This document shows positions 22,709 to 37,516 of a stretch of 64,000 nucleotides of DNA, in pieces. Location: the NCBI GenBank assembly GCA_016618085.1, contig JABLTG010000102.1, positions 1 through 64,000 on the forward strand. Reading direction: 5' to 3'. Source of the DNA: Neovahlkampfia damariscottae. Taxonomy: Eukaryota. The translations under genes and the position numbers were made by a program. The notes under the pieces were generated by a model, which saw nothing but the letters and a program-made list of their open reading frames with translations, was not told where the DNA came from and did not search any database. How positions within the stretch are numbered: the stretch's first letter is position 1; every line of letters starts with the position of its first letter.

Positions 22709-25707
22709 TCATTTTTCCAAATTCTTTATCAATTCATCTTGAACAAAATCTAGCAATGGATGTTTGTATTTATTGATTAATTCTTCATTTGAATCCAAAA
22801 GATTAACTGATGAAGATTTCTCCATCAATTTATGAAATTTTTGTTTATTATAAAAATAAAATATTGTAATTCCAAAAATCAAAGCAAATGCAACATGAAT
22901 TAACAAATTTGTCAAATAAAAAAATCCAAAAAATCTTAACGTCAAAATACCAAACATCATAGGATATATAAAAACGAAAATCAATAAATTTCTAACTGAT
23001 TCTCTGAGATATGTTGAATCTCCATCATGACTTTTTTTGAAAAAGTACAAAATAGTAACGAGATTTAAAATATAATCAAAAATGAAATATATCAAACCAA
23101 CCAATGATATGATTGGAATTACAGAACCAAAATAGAAAACATGAATGAAATTATACATTGAAGTTGCTACAGGACTGTGATATGACAATTCAAGTCTTTT
23201 AATTTTCTTTTTGTTTGCATATTCTTGGATGAAATGTTTGATCCAACCAATCAAGCTCAAAGCTAATTAAATTAGAATTATACAAATACTACTTACACTT
23301 AAAGATAAATGGAACTAATATCATAACATTCATAACATCAGGTGACAAATTCAACAAAAAATAGTCATAGGTGTCAAAAGGTGATACTGCAGTAAATGCT
23401 GTATTTAATCCCATATAGACCACGAAAATCCGAGGAATAACCAAACCATTCAAAAACTATGAAAATTAGAATGAATTGAATTGAATACTAAAAAGAATAA
23501 AACACCTCTAGCATTTGATTTCAATTCATAAGTAGTTGTTGGATATTTGACAAATGAAACAACAAATGAAACAATTGCAAATGTTGAAATAATAAACATC
23601 AAATTGAGCAATGAAGAAATATTAATGATAAAACTACCAATATATAATAATGTCTGAACTATTCTATTTGAATTTTGACTGAATCTTGACAATGGTAGAG
23701 TGAAAATTGATCTATAAGTTGACAAAGTGATAAATAGAAAGTTTAAAAATAAGAAAATACAAAAAGTAGCAACTAAAATAAAATAAGCAATCAGTTTTCT
23801 TGTTCTTCTTGTTTCATCTCCAATTCCTAAATTTTGCCAATTGATAGTAACTGGTTTTGGTGCTGGTTGAAAAGAAAATTGTTCCAATAGAAAATTATCA
23901 TCTTGTTTGATATCTGAATTTGTGTTCCAGTCATTCATTGCAAGTTCGATACATTTTTTTGCAAATGGTTTGCTTATAAATGTGACAAAAGCATTACCAG
24001 TTCCTTTCAAATCCTTAGATTTTTCAATTTGAATCTTTTCATCAATCATCTTCAATTTCTCATTCAAAATCTCAATTTCATAATCAACATTCTCACTTTT
24101 GTATTTCCAAAGTTGATACCATTTTTCTTTGAAACTTTTGTTTGATTTTATGTTCTCAAAGAAGTTTAAATCATCTTGTAATGATGTTTTTTCTTTGATG
24201 TTTTCATGTAGTTGTTCGAAATCATAAGCAAAATGAAATGATAATATTTCTTCTGGAAAAAATAATTTCAACTTTTCAATGATTATATTTTCATCTAATA
24301 GTTCTTTTGGTATTTTTGAAATCCAAACTGTTTTTTCAATATAACTTTCTTGAGGTAGAATTCTTTTTGAAAGTTCAAAAATTGCGCCAATAAAAGAGAT
24401 GACCAAAAGCATATTGAAAAATGATGAAAGATAATGAAATATTGAATACAGTGAATGCCAATTATCATGATAATCAACGCTTGCCATTGATATTGTTGAT
24501 AAATCAAATGCACTAAATCTACGGTCATATCTAATAATAAAATCCAATATCATCAATGGGACGGACGATACGAAAAATAAGATTACAATCACCATTAATA
24601 TTCGAAAATACTTGACAAAGAAATATGCTTGAGTTCCAATTTGTTTCAAATTACTCAAATCAACCCCTCTAATCAAAGTTATAACGGCATCAAGAAATGT
24701 GTTCTTGAAAGTGTAATAATATCTGCTTGAATTTGTATCTAAATCGGCATTGGAAAGATAAATAGCATCTTTTAGTTTTTCTTCTTCATAATTACCATTG
24801 CAACCAAGAACAAGACAAATCAATGTAAAATAAAGAATGAAAAATACAACACCCAAACCAATGATCAAACCACCAAAGAATGACAAATAAGTTCCAACTA
24901 TTTTAATATCATGCTTTTCTTTGGTAAAAGAGCATTGAAATTTTCCACCTCTTTGCAATACAACGACATAGCCAGTTTGATAAAATCCAGTTGGACCTGT
25001 GAATGATAAATCTGATAACTCTATATTCTTTTGATCATCATCAACATAATATGGTGATTCAATGAACCTTTTTGAATGAATCACATGGAATGTATATGAA
25101 AAACTTCTTGCTTCAATATCACTTCCATGGAAAAAAACACCTGGCACAATTGTAAGTTGATTTAACCAGGTTTGGTTCAAAAAATTTGAGTTTTTGACAG
25201 CATCATTTAACACTATAAAAGGTTGATTTGCAAGAGGAACTATCAAATTTACAACACTCTCTGGTTTTGTCCAGCTAAATGAACCTGAAAAAAATTTAAC
25301 ATCAAAATATTTTTTTACTTTCAAAATCTGGGCATTTTGAAGGTTGTTTTATGATTTTAAACTCTTCACAAATATTATTAAAATCCCATTGTTTGAAACT
25401 GTCCAAATAATTTTCTGGGTATTTTGTGCTTCTGACAAGTATTTTTTTTGCATCTTCCTTTGTATAAATTCCACGAGTTTTCTCATCTCCTAAATATGAT
25501 ATAGTTGTATTTAAACAATTTGAGCTTTTGTCAGTGCAAAAATTTTCCATAGAGCACCAACCTAAAATAATTAGATTTTCCAAAATTACTGCATTTTCCA
25601 TTGGAAGCACATAATTTACAAGTGTTCAGTTTTTGACAGTTCTGTCCAAAATTTAATTGAAAAAAAAGCAAAAAAGTGAACAACAATAAAAATTGTTTCT
25701 TCTTCAT
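22709..25707 (-). CDS. OSCA/TMEM63 (CSC1) channel with N-terminal signal peptide and PSI-like ectodomain
   Basis: GTQAYFFVKYFR, KTVWISKIPK, GNAFVTF, APKPVTINWQNL. Four short introns. ATG 25707 MKKKQFLLLFTFLLFF followed by CQKLNTCKLCASNGKCSWCSMENFC. Confidence 0.82.
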
Positions 25708-25757
25708 CTTTGGAAGTCTCTATTTCAAATATCCAATCAGAACATCCTTCAATAAAA

Positions 25758-26129
25758 ATGAACAAGAAGAAGTCTTTTTTTTTGCGTTCAACTTGTAAAG
25801 ATGAAGATGGTGACTCATTTTTAGAAGCTTTAAAAGCAGACTCAAAGAATAAATCGATTTCTGGAGAAAAATCAATTTCAACAGAAGAAAAAAAAGAAGT
25901 GGATAATGAACCTCTGTTTGACAAGAAAAAAGAAATATCTAAAGAAGAAAAACCCAGTGAAAAAACTTTTTTATCATTAGCTGAAGCGAAATATATTGAA
26001 AGTGAAAATGTTCTCACTGTAACTTCAAATGAATTAAGTCATTTTGGGTATGAATCACCTGACTCACTTGACAGTATTGATGAAGAAAGTTCGGAAGGTT
26101 CAGTATGGAAACCAAAAATTTTTTATTAA
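25758..26129 (+). CDS. Hypothetical acidic/Ser-rich protein; 3' end unresolved, possibly decaying
   Basis: ORF from an ATG just after a CCAAT box. Downstream 26130-26358 has protein-like frames interrupted by stops. Confidence 0.4.
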   Translation: MNKKKSFFLRSTCKDEDGDSFLEALKADSKNKSISGEKSISTEEKKEVDNEPLFDKKKEISKEEKPSEKTFLSLAEAKYIESENVLTVTSNELSHFGYESPDSLDSIDEESSEGSVWKPKIFY

Positions 26130-26376
26130 ACCAAAAAAAAATCTTGGAATGATCACAACACAAAAAATGTATTTACAAAGTATTCTGAAATCCACAAAAG
26201 TGCAAAACAAATCCACCAATGAAACTCAAATAGTATTATTTCAAAGATTTGGTGTTGAACATAGAAAATCTATTGGAATATTAAGTCATTCCAACCTTTG
26301 TACAAAATCAAAATTTAATTTTCTCACAGCAATTCTAATGAAACAATTCAAACTGTAAAAATAAAATTTGTGTTGT

Positions 26377-29300
26377 TTATTTTTCATCATCTATGATTTC
26401 TGAAATGATCATTTTTAATTGTTTATTTTGAATCAATACACTTGTCATTCTTTCTCTAGTCATTGGTGAATTCAAACTTCTTTTCATCCAATTTTCAATG
26501 GCTTCTTTTTCATACGTAAATCCATCAGAAGCAATGACTGGATTGACAAATATCTCACGAGTGATTGGACATACCAAATTGGATTGTAATTTTTCAAGCA
26601 CTGAAGATTTTTTTTCATCATTCAAAAACACCTTTTCTTCTTCATCGCAATCATCCACAAATTGAAATATCAAATCAGAATGTAAAATCGATTCAGTATC
26701 TGTTGACATTTTTACTTTAAATTGTTCATTCGATAATTTTTCCACAATTCTACCATAATACAATTTTTTATCATTTTGTTCATAGACAATCAATTCATTA
26801 ATTTTAACATTTGAATCATTCAATTTCTTGAAGAATTTTTCATCTTTTTTTAAGATCAAAGTTCCCAATTTTCGATGAATTGTTTTGTCATCACCAATGA
26901 AATCTGAGATATTAAATGTATCTAAAACAATGTTGATTTGATCATTTTCACATTTAAATAGAATTGAAATCATAATTGAATCTTTCAAAGGATACATTAA
27001 GAATTTGTTAATCTCTTGTGAAATTAAAATGAACGGATCTAAATAACTTGGTAATTCTTTCAATAAATAAAAGTTCTTTAAATTTGAATCAATGAAACAA
27101 TATGAAGAATTCTTGATTTCTTCATTCTTTTTTTTAATCTCCTTTTCTGTTCTAATATCAAAAAATGATGAATTTAAAAATTCAACCAAACACATTTTCA
27201 AATCTGCCAATTCTTTTATTTTATCTAAAATTTTCAAAATATTTTTTTCTTCATTTCTAAATTCATTTTTAATAATTCTTGTTAATCCTAAAATAAATTC
27301 TTCAGATTTCAATTTTTTATTGATTTGATCAGTGAAATCATTGGAAAATAGTTTTTGATTTTGAAAGTTTAATCTTTCTTCAACAAGTAAACTTAATCTT
27401 TTCAAATTCAAATTCTCCGAATATTCATTCAATTTTGAATGCAAAATGTTGAATTCGCCAAGATGGATCTTTTCATTTAAATAAGGAGCATCATTTACAA
27501 CCACTCTTCGAATTGGAACTAAATTCAATTTTAAATCAAATAAAAATGATCCATTCATTGATGCATTCAAATCAACTAATATTATCTTTATCAATTTAAA
27601 ACCTAATTCAATTTTAGAAGGAGATAATTTCTTTTTTTCTTCATTTTTTTTGTAGAGAATCTTCAAAACTGATTTGCAAAATTTTTCTGATGGTGAATCT
27701 ACCACTTGAAAGAAATTAAATAAACTCTTAAATTCTAAATATTCTTCAGGACATGCATACAAATATGGTGGATAATTTTGATCCATCTTCCAGAAACAAG
27801 TTTTTCCAAAATGGAATATTCCATTGATGTAAATGAATTTTGGATCAGTGAATCGATTTAATCCAGATGAGTGTTGAATATTTGAGTTGAGATATTTATA
27901 TATTTCAATTATAATTTTCTGAAGTTCTGGGATTTCTGTTTCTTTTTCTTGAGTTAAATTGTGTAAATGATTCAATACATCAATAAATTTTGGTTTGTAA
28001 AATGAAGTTGAAGATTTTGTTGAAAGTAGATTGAAAAATTTTTCATATTTTTTTGAGTCATAGAAATTCATTGTTGTCCAACAAAGATTCTTGAATTTTT
28101 CATGGATAAAGGAATCTACTCGTTCTAAAATGAAATTTGATTCTTTTGCATTTGGGTATTGAATTTTATCCAATTCTATTTTTGGAATTAATCTTATCTG
28201 TTTGATTTCTTCAAAGAAACTACCAGAAAATCGATTTTCATTCTTCATTATTGTTTCAATGAGAATTTTTGATTTTCTAATCATTTCTTCCTTTGATTTG
28301 ATTTTTTGTAAATTAAAACAACAATCAAGGATAAATTTTTCATCAATCTCTTTTTTTAATCCACAGTGAATCAAATATTCAACTATTTCTTTAGTGTTAA
28401 ATGGAGATTGTGGAAAATCATCATTTGATAAAAACTCAATGAATAATCCTTCAAAAGGATTAAAGCATTGTTTTGGTGATTTGTTCATGTTTGGTCCAAG
28501 AAATTTCAATATTGATAATTGATCAATCAATGACATCCTCAATGATTTCTTCTTGAAAATATACTCCAATTGAATCTAAGATATTAAAAATCAAATATAA
28601 ATTCATACTATTTTTTCGGAATTGCTTAATTGTTCAAACTTTGGTAAATACAATTGGTCATAAATTTCCAAATCGGATGCATATATTTTGATGTTCAATT
28701 TTTTGTACAATGAATATAAAGATATTTTCTCTTTTAGAATTGATAGATTCAATTTCATGGGTGGAATATTTGAATGTGAAATTAAACATGAATTATGATT
28801 AATTTGCTCAAATTTTCCCGTTATTGTTTCAAACAATGGTAATTTTTTCAACTTTTCAATTTCACCATCAAGCAATCCCACAGGATTGAAAAATTCAATC
28901 AACGAAGATTTTTCATCATTTGTTAGTTTTTCACATGTTGAACGATTCAAATGATTCAAAACATAATTATTTGATATTTGACTCACGCAATGTCTCAAAT
29001 ATTGAATGTTTTGAAATCTTTCAAGTAGAAATGGTATCTCTATTCTTTTTAAAATTTTCACAACATCAACATATTGAGATCTTAAATTTTGAGGTAAATA
29101 TGAATGAACAATTGATTTTCCTTTTTCCATTTTCTTCATTCCATTTGTTGTTGGTATAAGACTCCAATCTAAAAAGTCATCTTTGATTTCATTATGTTTT
29201 CCGAAATAATTCCATAATTCTTCAATCCATTTCTGAGAAACAGAATTAACTGACACATAAGAGTTCAACTTCAAAAAGTTCATCGGAGTTTTGCATAATA

Positions 29301-32300
29301 ATCCTTCCAATGATTTTGCATTCAAGTAAAATATACCAATCTCATTTAATGTGCCTTCATTTTTATTTTTAAAGTTCTCAGCTAATTTTTCATCAATTAT
29401 GAATTGTTTCATTTCATCTATGATCAATGGAATAACATCATAATCTTTAATCAAATAAAATGTGTTTTGGATGACTGTTTTCTTCTTCACCTCTTTAGTT
29501 TTCTTTTTTGATACTTTCAAAGTTGTAATAGTTGTAACAACTTCATTCATTTTTTTAATTTCTTTGTTCATTGTTAAGATTGGAAATTCAGTCAATTCAG
29601 ACAAACTTTCATTTTTGTAAAGATCCCATAGTGTAAAAACATTCTCTTCTTTGATGTTTTTTTCATTCAAATATATTGATTTGTAGATTTTCTTCACTGA
29701 ACTTTCATCCAACAAATAGTTTTGAAGACCATTTGATTTAAATTCTTCAATGATATCTTGTGGCAATTCAATCATATCTTTCTTTGATTCAAGTAAATCT
29801 AAAATCATTTTCTTGTCAAAGGACTTGAACAATGATGAATTGTAAAATGAAAAATCTTTAAGAATGTGAAATCCTTTTACATTTGATCGATGAAATATTT
29901 TAAATTTGCCAATTTGTTCATAAAATGGTGTTAATATTACTGAGAAGATTGATTTTCCAAAATTCTTCGAAATAGGAAATAAATCAATGAGAGACTGAAA
30001 ACATTTGTCATCGTCATCAATTTTTCTGCTACAAAGAGTTTCAAGTAATGCTAAAAATGCAGGATTCACATTTGACATGATCATTGTTTTGTTCCACGTG
30101 TCTCTAATATCATCATCATCTGTTTTTGATTGCCAAATTTCTCTTCTATTTGATCCCATTTCAAAAAATGAATTTATGTGAACATTTAAGCCAGAATAAA
30201 TTGGTAATGGGAGAGATGAATAAACCCTTCCACGGATTTTTTCGTCAATACAATATGCAACAGAAGCACAAGGAAAGAAACGCATTTTTTCGTCGTTTGA
30301 TGAACTAATTAATTTCCAAGTATTCAAATTTGCTCCAAAATAACTGCTGATAATCCACTCTTCTTTTTTCGTTTCTTTTTTTTCATTCACAACTTCAAAA
30401 TACAGTTTTCCACATCCACCAATTTCATCAATATTTCCACTGATAACTTGTTCCCTTTTCTTATTTTTCTTCTTTATTTTGGAAAGAACTGGAGTGGTGT
30501 TTAATTTTTTCATATTTTTCAGGATAATATTTTCAATGCTTGTTAACTCTAGTGATTTTGAGACATTCACCTTCAATAAATCAATCATCTCATCATCTGT
30601 TTGAATATGAATTGATAGTTTTTTCACATTTTTGAGAAATATCATACAATTTTTTGCGTCATCCACAAAATTATTGATCAATTTCATTGTTTGAGTTTCA
30701 CTCCAATGTTCTTCAGATAATTCACTTTTTTCTGATTGAGATAAATTTCTCAATGGAAGTCTAAATATAGTACCATTGAATGCATCATCTGATGAAAACC
30801 CAAAAAACTGGTACGGCTTCAATTGATCTGAAAATAGTTCTCCCATTCCTTTTGAATTGAATTTGTATTTTCTGCCTGGATTTACAACTGATGACCCATT
30901 AACGAATTTATGATGAGGATCCATAATGACTAAATTTGAATCTGATACAAATGATGGTAAATCAGTTAAATGATAGACACTATTGAATCCAATACCAAAT
31001 CTCCCAATTTTTTCGAGGTTTTTCATTTTTCCTTGGTTTCCCAATTGTTGAATTGATTCAATATCCTTATCTGAAAAAACACTATTGTTGTAAATTAATA
31101 ATGAAGGTCCTTGAAAATCAGAAAGTTCTTTGTTGAAGAGTCTTTTACTTCCATGAGTTCTTTTGTCATAAACAACTGAAAATTGAGTTGCTCCTGCATC
31201 TTCAGCATTTTGCAATAATTCAATGAAAATTGTATTATCACTATAAGGATAATCTTGTAAAATATTCCCAATTCTAGTTGTCAAAGATATTTTCTGTCCA
31301 AATGATTCACCTAAAACATCTTCATTCATCATGAGTAATGAAGAGTTAGATTCACCCAACTGTTGAGAAATTGAAACAATTCCAAGTGATTCACATACTT
31401 CAGGAGCGATAGTTGGATGAACAAATTTGAATTCTGAGGTTCCAATAGAAGTTATAATGTCCATTTTTTCTTTTGAATCAACATAAAGTAACAACTTCTT
31501 GTTGAGAAATTCTCCATCCTTCGTCGGTAATTTTATCTTCATGTTTTTGAGTCCTTCATGTTTATAGATTTTTTGTAAAATCGAAACTGAAATTTGAATT
31601 TTTTCCTCTTTTTTTAAAATTGAATCTTTTGGAATGAGATTCAAAACTTTTATGAGATCTGAAGGTTCAAATTGATCTTTAATAGAAATAAATTTCATGA
31701 GTTTATCATATTTTGTCAGATATGCTGGTAATTCAAATAGAAAAGGTTTTAAATTAAAGTTCAAATATTTGGCAACCCTATTTGGTTCAACAAAACGATT
31801 TTCGACCCATAAACTTGAAAATTTCAAAGACTCCGTGATCAATTCTTTTTCTACTAAAGTTTCTAATGTGGAATAAATTGTTCCTTTGGAATCCTCAATG
31901 AAATTAATGATATCCAAGTCGGAAGGATTTTTCAAAAAAGTTATTGAGACATTCTTCAAATGACTTATGATGTGAGAAGAAAATGATTCAAGATTCTTTC
32001 CAATAGGAATCCATCCTAGTAATTGTTTCAATGGCTCTGAAAATATGTCAACTTCTGAAATGAAATATACAGAACTCAAAAGATGAGAATCTGAATTTGG
32101 TCTTGTTGATGATATTGTAGACATAAAATCAAGTGGAAAATCTAAATTAGATTCCAAATTTTTGAATTGGGATTGAATTGGGATCCATTTGATCTTTTGA
32201 TTTGAATCTATCACGTTTTTCCAAGCAATGAAATTTGAAGTTAAAATATTATCATTTTTATCCAAATACTTCAACAAATTTACTGACAATTCACGATTTG

Positions 32301-35300
32301 ATTTTTCTATTAAGGTTTTGAAATTCTTAGGAGATAAAGTTGTATTCATTCCAAGCAATTCCAAGTTATGCAAAACACTGGAATCTGAAAATTTTCCCAC
32401 AGGAAAAACAGTTTCATTTTGAAGCAACAATGATAAATTTTCAATTCTCGGATCATACACATTTGAAGGTGAACTAAATTTCCCATTTTTTACAGGAATA
32501 AATTTCAAATCTTTCAGGTATTCTTTTATTTTCGGATCATTTGAAAGTAAAAAGGGTAAATCTTTTGTGATCAAAGATATCATTACTTCATTTTGTTTCT
32601 CCACATCCAATGATCTTGAAGCTATTTTTGGGAAAAGAATTTCAACGTAAAATTGATTCAAATTCAATTTCTTTACACCCAAGTATTCCAAAAACATTGT
32701 TTCTTTTTTATTGTATTTAAGTATATTATTGAACCCATCTAAATATTTTACTTCAAAGTTAGATGGAGGAAGAAATTTATTTTTTAATCTCCCAAATGAA
32801 CCATCATATGTTCTAAATAACTTTAATGATAAAATGAATGATTTTTGATCATCTGAAAATAGTTGGTTTTTTGAGTTAAATTCTTCACTAAAAAACGAAA
32901 TCAATGAAATTTTTTGTTGATCTGATAATTTTTCAATCAAGCCAGGTTTTAATCTTTTGATCACAGGATCAATTGATAATTTAGAAATTTTTAAATTTCC
33001 TGAATTCTTTTCTGAAATGATTGTACTGTCTATAAATTTGAAATTAAATTGATAGATTGCATCTAAAATATCTTCTGAAGTAGATTGATTGATATATAAT
33101 AGATTTCTTTCATTTTCTTTCCCCAAAATGTTCAATGTTTGTTTCCCGTTGAATGAACAAGGAATTAGGGGCCAATTAGCAACTTTTTCTTCTTCTGTTG
33201 TGCCCAATCCAAGATAATTCCACATTTTAATGATGAATTCATTTGAAAAACCAGATTCTTCAATCGAAATTTCTTTGTTTTTCCATTCCTGAGGAAAAAT
33301 TGAATGAAATATAGTATTCAATATCTCAGTATTAAAATGTTCAAGATTAACCATTTTTGAGCTTTCAATTTCATCATAAAGTAACCTCAATTTTTCATTT
33401 GGGAATGCATCAACTATTTGATGATCGATCTTATCACATAACAATTTATATTCAATTGAATTTACTAAATAAACATTGTTCTTGGTATCATAATATCTGA
33501 ATACATTTTTGTCTCCATTACACAGTAAAATCAAAGGAACTCCAACAAAATCTTCATATTTCTTGTCCATTGATATAAAACTTAACAAATCAAATGCTTC
33601 TTGTTTTGAAATCTCTAAATCTTTTGGATCTATAGACTTCAATGCAGTTCTCATAACATTAGAATCCAGATGCTTAAGAAGTACATGGGATAATTCAAAA
33701 CCATTTTGAACATGCTTTGAAATATTTCTTAAAAATGAATAATTGGTTAATTTGAAAATTTTTTGAGATAAATCTTTGATTTCTTCTGTCAATGTATTGT
33801 CAGGAATAATTACTTCTTTTGGTGAAATTGATTTTCCTGCATCATCTTCAAAAATTTGAATATTTTGTGAATATAAATGTTGATAACAAGATTGAACTAA
33901 TTTTCTCCAATCCGATCCAATTGATGAAAAATCTGGGAATAATGAATACAATTCTTCAATTTTATTATTCTTTTTAATAAATGAAAGTAACTCAGCATAA
34001 CATGGTCCTAATATATCCTCAATTAATGCTTCATTCCATTTCGATTTGATAGCAGAATCAGAATCCATTGAATGACTTCCTTTCCATAAATCTCTACGAT
34101 TTGATGACATTTCAAAGAAAGAATTCACATGGACAGGCAGTCCAGTTTCTGAAGCAAGAGCTAAAAATCATTAATTCAAAAATTGGCTTACGTAGAAAAC
34201 AAAAAACTCTCCCTTTGATTTTCTCACTGATACAACATGCTATATTTCCCCATGGCACAAATCTTCCTGTTATTTTTGACTCTTTTCCTTGTTGAGCTAT
34301 TTTTTTTGCTGATCCTCCATTCAAACCACAACTTAATATCCATTTTCCAATTTTCTTTTCTTTTTTTTCAAAAAAATTTTCTTCGACGTTCAAGCAATAC
34401 TGATAAAACAGATTTTCATCTTTCAATTCTTGAATGAAATCTGTTTCTAAAATTTGATTTATTTTTTTTCTCTTTTCTTGATCTTCAGTCGTCAATTCAG
34501 TGATATCTAACTGGTAAATCTTTTTTGGTTCAATATCATCTTCTGTCATGATATAAGCTGAAACATGAGTAACATGTTTCAAAAATAAAATATTTTCAAC
34601 TGCTTCTTTTGTAAATTTTTCCATTAATTTGAACACCACATCATTATCATAACTTGAAGTTGAGATTTTTGAATTTTTTGAAATTTCTTGAGTTCTTAAT
34701 GGAAATCTAAAAATAGTTCCATTGAAAGGTTTTTTATTTTTTATATCACAACCAAATATTTCAAATGGTGAGAATTGATCTGAATACTTTTCATACAAGT
34801 TTGAATTCTCAACAAAATTAATTCTAATACCAGGATCTCCATGAACTAATAATTCTCTATTGATACATTTTCTATGCGGATCAAATATTGTTATGAATTT
34901 ATCACTGACAAAGCATGGAAAATCTTCAAAAAATTAAAAAAAATTCGAAAAAAAAACCAGTTAGATGATAAACTGAATTAAAACCAATTCCAAAAGTTCC
35001 AATTTTTGAAGAGTCGGTTTTTTTTCTAGATTGAGCTAAATTTCTTATACTTTCAAAGTCTTTAGATTCAAATTTTGCGTTATTGAAAGTCATAATTGAA
35101 GCTCCTTGTAATGCGGACATTTTTGGATTAAGTAATTTTTCCGTTTTGTGATTTCTTGAGTCAAAAACAATTTTGAATTCAGTGGCTCTTAAAAATTAAA
35201 TTTTAGTTGAAAATAACCTCGCATCGTCTGCATTTTGAATTAATTCTTTGAAAATTTGAGTTCCTTTTGGATAGTCTCGTAGTATAGAGCTTAATCGATT

Positions 35301-35375
35301 CGTCAGTGGTTCGGATTGTCCAAAGGATTCGAAATTAATTTCATTGTAGTTGATATACTTTGTATCTTCCTCCAT
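26377..35375 (-). CDS. Sacsin-like giant protein (two Hsp90-like sacsin repeat regions) with a C-terminal U-box, roughly 2,950 aa
   Basis: FGQSEPLTNRL...ELIQNADDA...KIGTFGIGFNSVYHLTD and FGQKISLTTRI...ELLQNAEDA...KIGRFGIGFNSVYHLTD. U-box LVCPITREIFVNPVIASDGFTYEKEAIENW...SPMTRE. Four introns. Confidence 0.92.
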
Positions 35376-35567
35376 GTTGGTCTAAAAATACTCTTCTTTA
35401 ACCAATCATTTTTTTTTATTTTTTTTTGGTTTTTTCTCAGGGAAATTGTGTTCAATTACTCCAATTTAAAAAAGTTGAATTTGAACACAAACACTGAGGT
35501 TGGAGTTGTCCGTTCAACAAAAGGTTTCGAATCATTTTCATTGGTCCATCGAAATTGATTGGAAGTT

Positions 35568-37111
35568 ATGAAGTTTACAACCACCGTTGTCTTGTTTATC
35601 TGTTTGGTTCTTTTTGTCAACTCAGAAATTGTTCTTCCAGAATTTTTTTCTGCTGAGTTGTTGATACAATCAAGACAAACCTCAAATTTGGCTTACAAAG
35701 CGTATTTTCAAAAAACTGAAAATTCAGTTGAAGTCAAATCCGCTGAATTTGGTTCAAGTGATCAATATATTTATTTCAATGGAAAGATGCTTAAAAAAAC
35801 CCAAAAAAGTTCAGAATGCTTGGAACAAGAAGATATACCTCCTTTCCAAAACCTATCAAATTTATTAAAAGGGTTAAAAAGAATAGAAACTCAAACATTC
35901 GACACAGAAGTTAACAAATGTAAAAATGAAAAATATAGCTTCAATTATGCTGGAGAATATTTCGTCTTGTGTCTGGAAAAAAAATTGCCAAAAAGAATCA
36001 TTGGAAGAAACGTTTTGATTTCAATTCAAAATTTCAATGCAAACCGAATTTCAAAATATTTCACAGCTTCTGAAGCTAAAAAATGTCCTGATTTCAAAAA
36101 AAAAATTAATTTTCCACAAGAAAAAGTTGCTTGGTTTAATAAACAAGAAACATGCTTAATTTCAAGAATATCAGACTCTAAAGAGTGTTCAATGCAAAAA
36201 ATCTTGACTGAACCAACAAAAAATTGTATTTTCTTTCATGGAAGTGGAGAAACTGTCACAGGTAAAGAAAATTTGATTGTTCTGAAAAAATTAAGGTCCA
36301 CCAATTCCACAACATCCAGTCTACTGGGGTAAAATTCATGAATACACACCACATTGTAAAACTCGTAAATTTATCAGAGAAGAAACAAAAATCCGTGGTT
36401 GGGATTCTCTTGACCTTCAAAGAAAATATTGTAATTATGCAACGGAAGGACAAGATGATAGAAAATTAATCAAAAATAAAATCATCATTACTCATTCAAT
36501 GGGTGCTTTAATTTTAGCTGGAGCTATAAAAAACAATATTTGTGATGTTGATACAAAAACAACAACTTGGTATACAATGGCTTCATCATTTTCAGGAACA
36601 AAAATTATACCATTTGTCAAGGATATTTGTGAAGAAAGAAACTCAGGAATTATTCCATCTATCAAAAAATTCATATCAGAAAAATTGGGTTATTGTATGC
36701 CAGGTAAAAAAAAATTATGGCCTGCTTATGAAACACTTCATCCAAATAATCCAAAATTTGAAAAACTTTCTCAAATAGCAGAAGTAAGAAAAAATGAATA
36801 TATTTACAATTCTAAAGACTCGTGTTAATGGATCTTTATGTGGAACTTCACCTTGGGGTCTTTTTTCGGAATTTTCAGCTGCTTTGGAAATAGTTGCTAA
36901 AATAGTTGATTATGGAGAACCATCTGATGGTTTAGTTCCAATAACAAGTTGTAAAGTTGTAGGTCATGCTCAAGGAAAAGAATTCAAAGATACACCAGAT
37001 TCAGAGTTTTATAGACCAGCCACAAATCATCCTGATAATACTTGTAGACATGGTGATGGTTTTTGGAGCGAACGTCGTCGTCCATGTTCATGGTTATTGA
37101 ATAAACAATAA
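35568..37111 (+). CDS. Secreted alpha/beta-hydrolase (lipase-like)
   Basis: Signal peptide, FFHGSG, THSMG nucleophile elbow, SDGLVP, NHPD; two introns. Confidence 0.8.
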
Positions 37112-37175
37112 ACACATATTTTTTTTAAAGTGATTTTTTTGTCCAATCAATCTTCTTCAAGTTTCACCAACAAAA

Positions 37176-37490
37176 ATGATCATACCTGTTAGATGTAAAG
37201 AAATTTTTTTTTTTGACTGAAATCAACTATTTAGGTTTCACTTGTGGTAAAGTAATTGGAAATAAATGGGAAACTTATTTGAGACTTGTTGATGCTGAAT
37301 ATCCAGCTGGAGAAGCTTTGGATTGTTTAGGATTAAAAAGATATTGTTGTAGAAGAATGCTTTTGACTCACGTTGATTTAATTGAAAAACTTTTACTTTA
37401 TAGCAGTGAGTCATTTCTTATCATTTTTTTTTTCTAAATTTTTTCAAAACAGATCACACTGAAAATACAGATTCAAAATATGAACAATAA
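37176..37490 (+). CDS. RPB10: RNA polymerases I/II/III subunit RPB10
   Basis: [18 protein letters not shown]...[23 protein letters not shown]; two introns. Confidence 0.97.
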
Positions 37491-37516
37491 AACCATTAAA
37501 ATTTTATTTTTATTTT

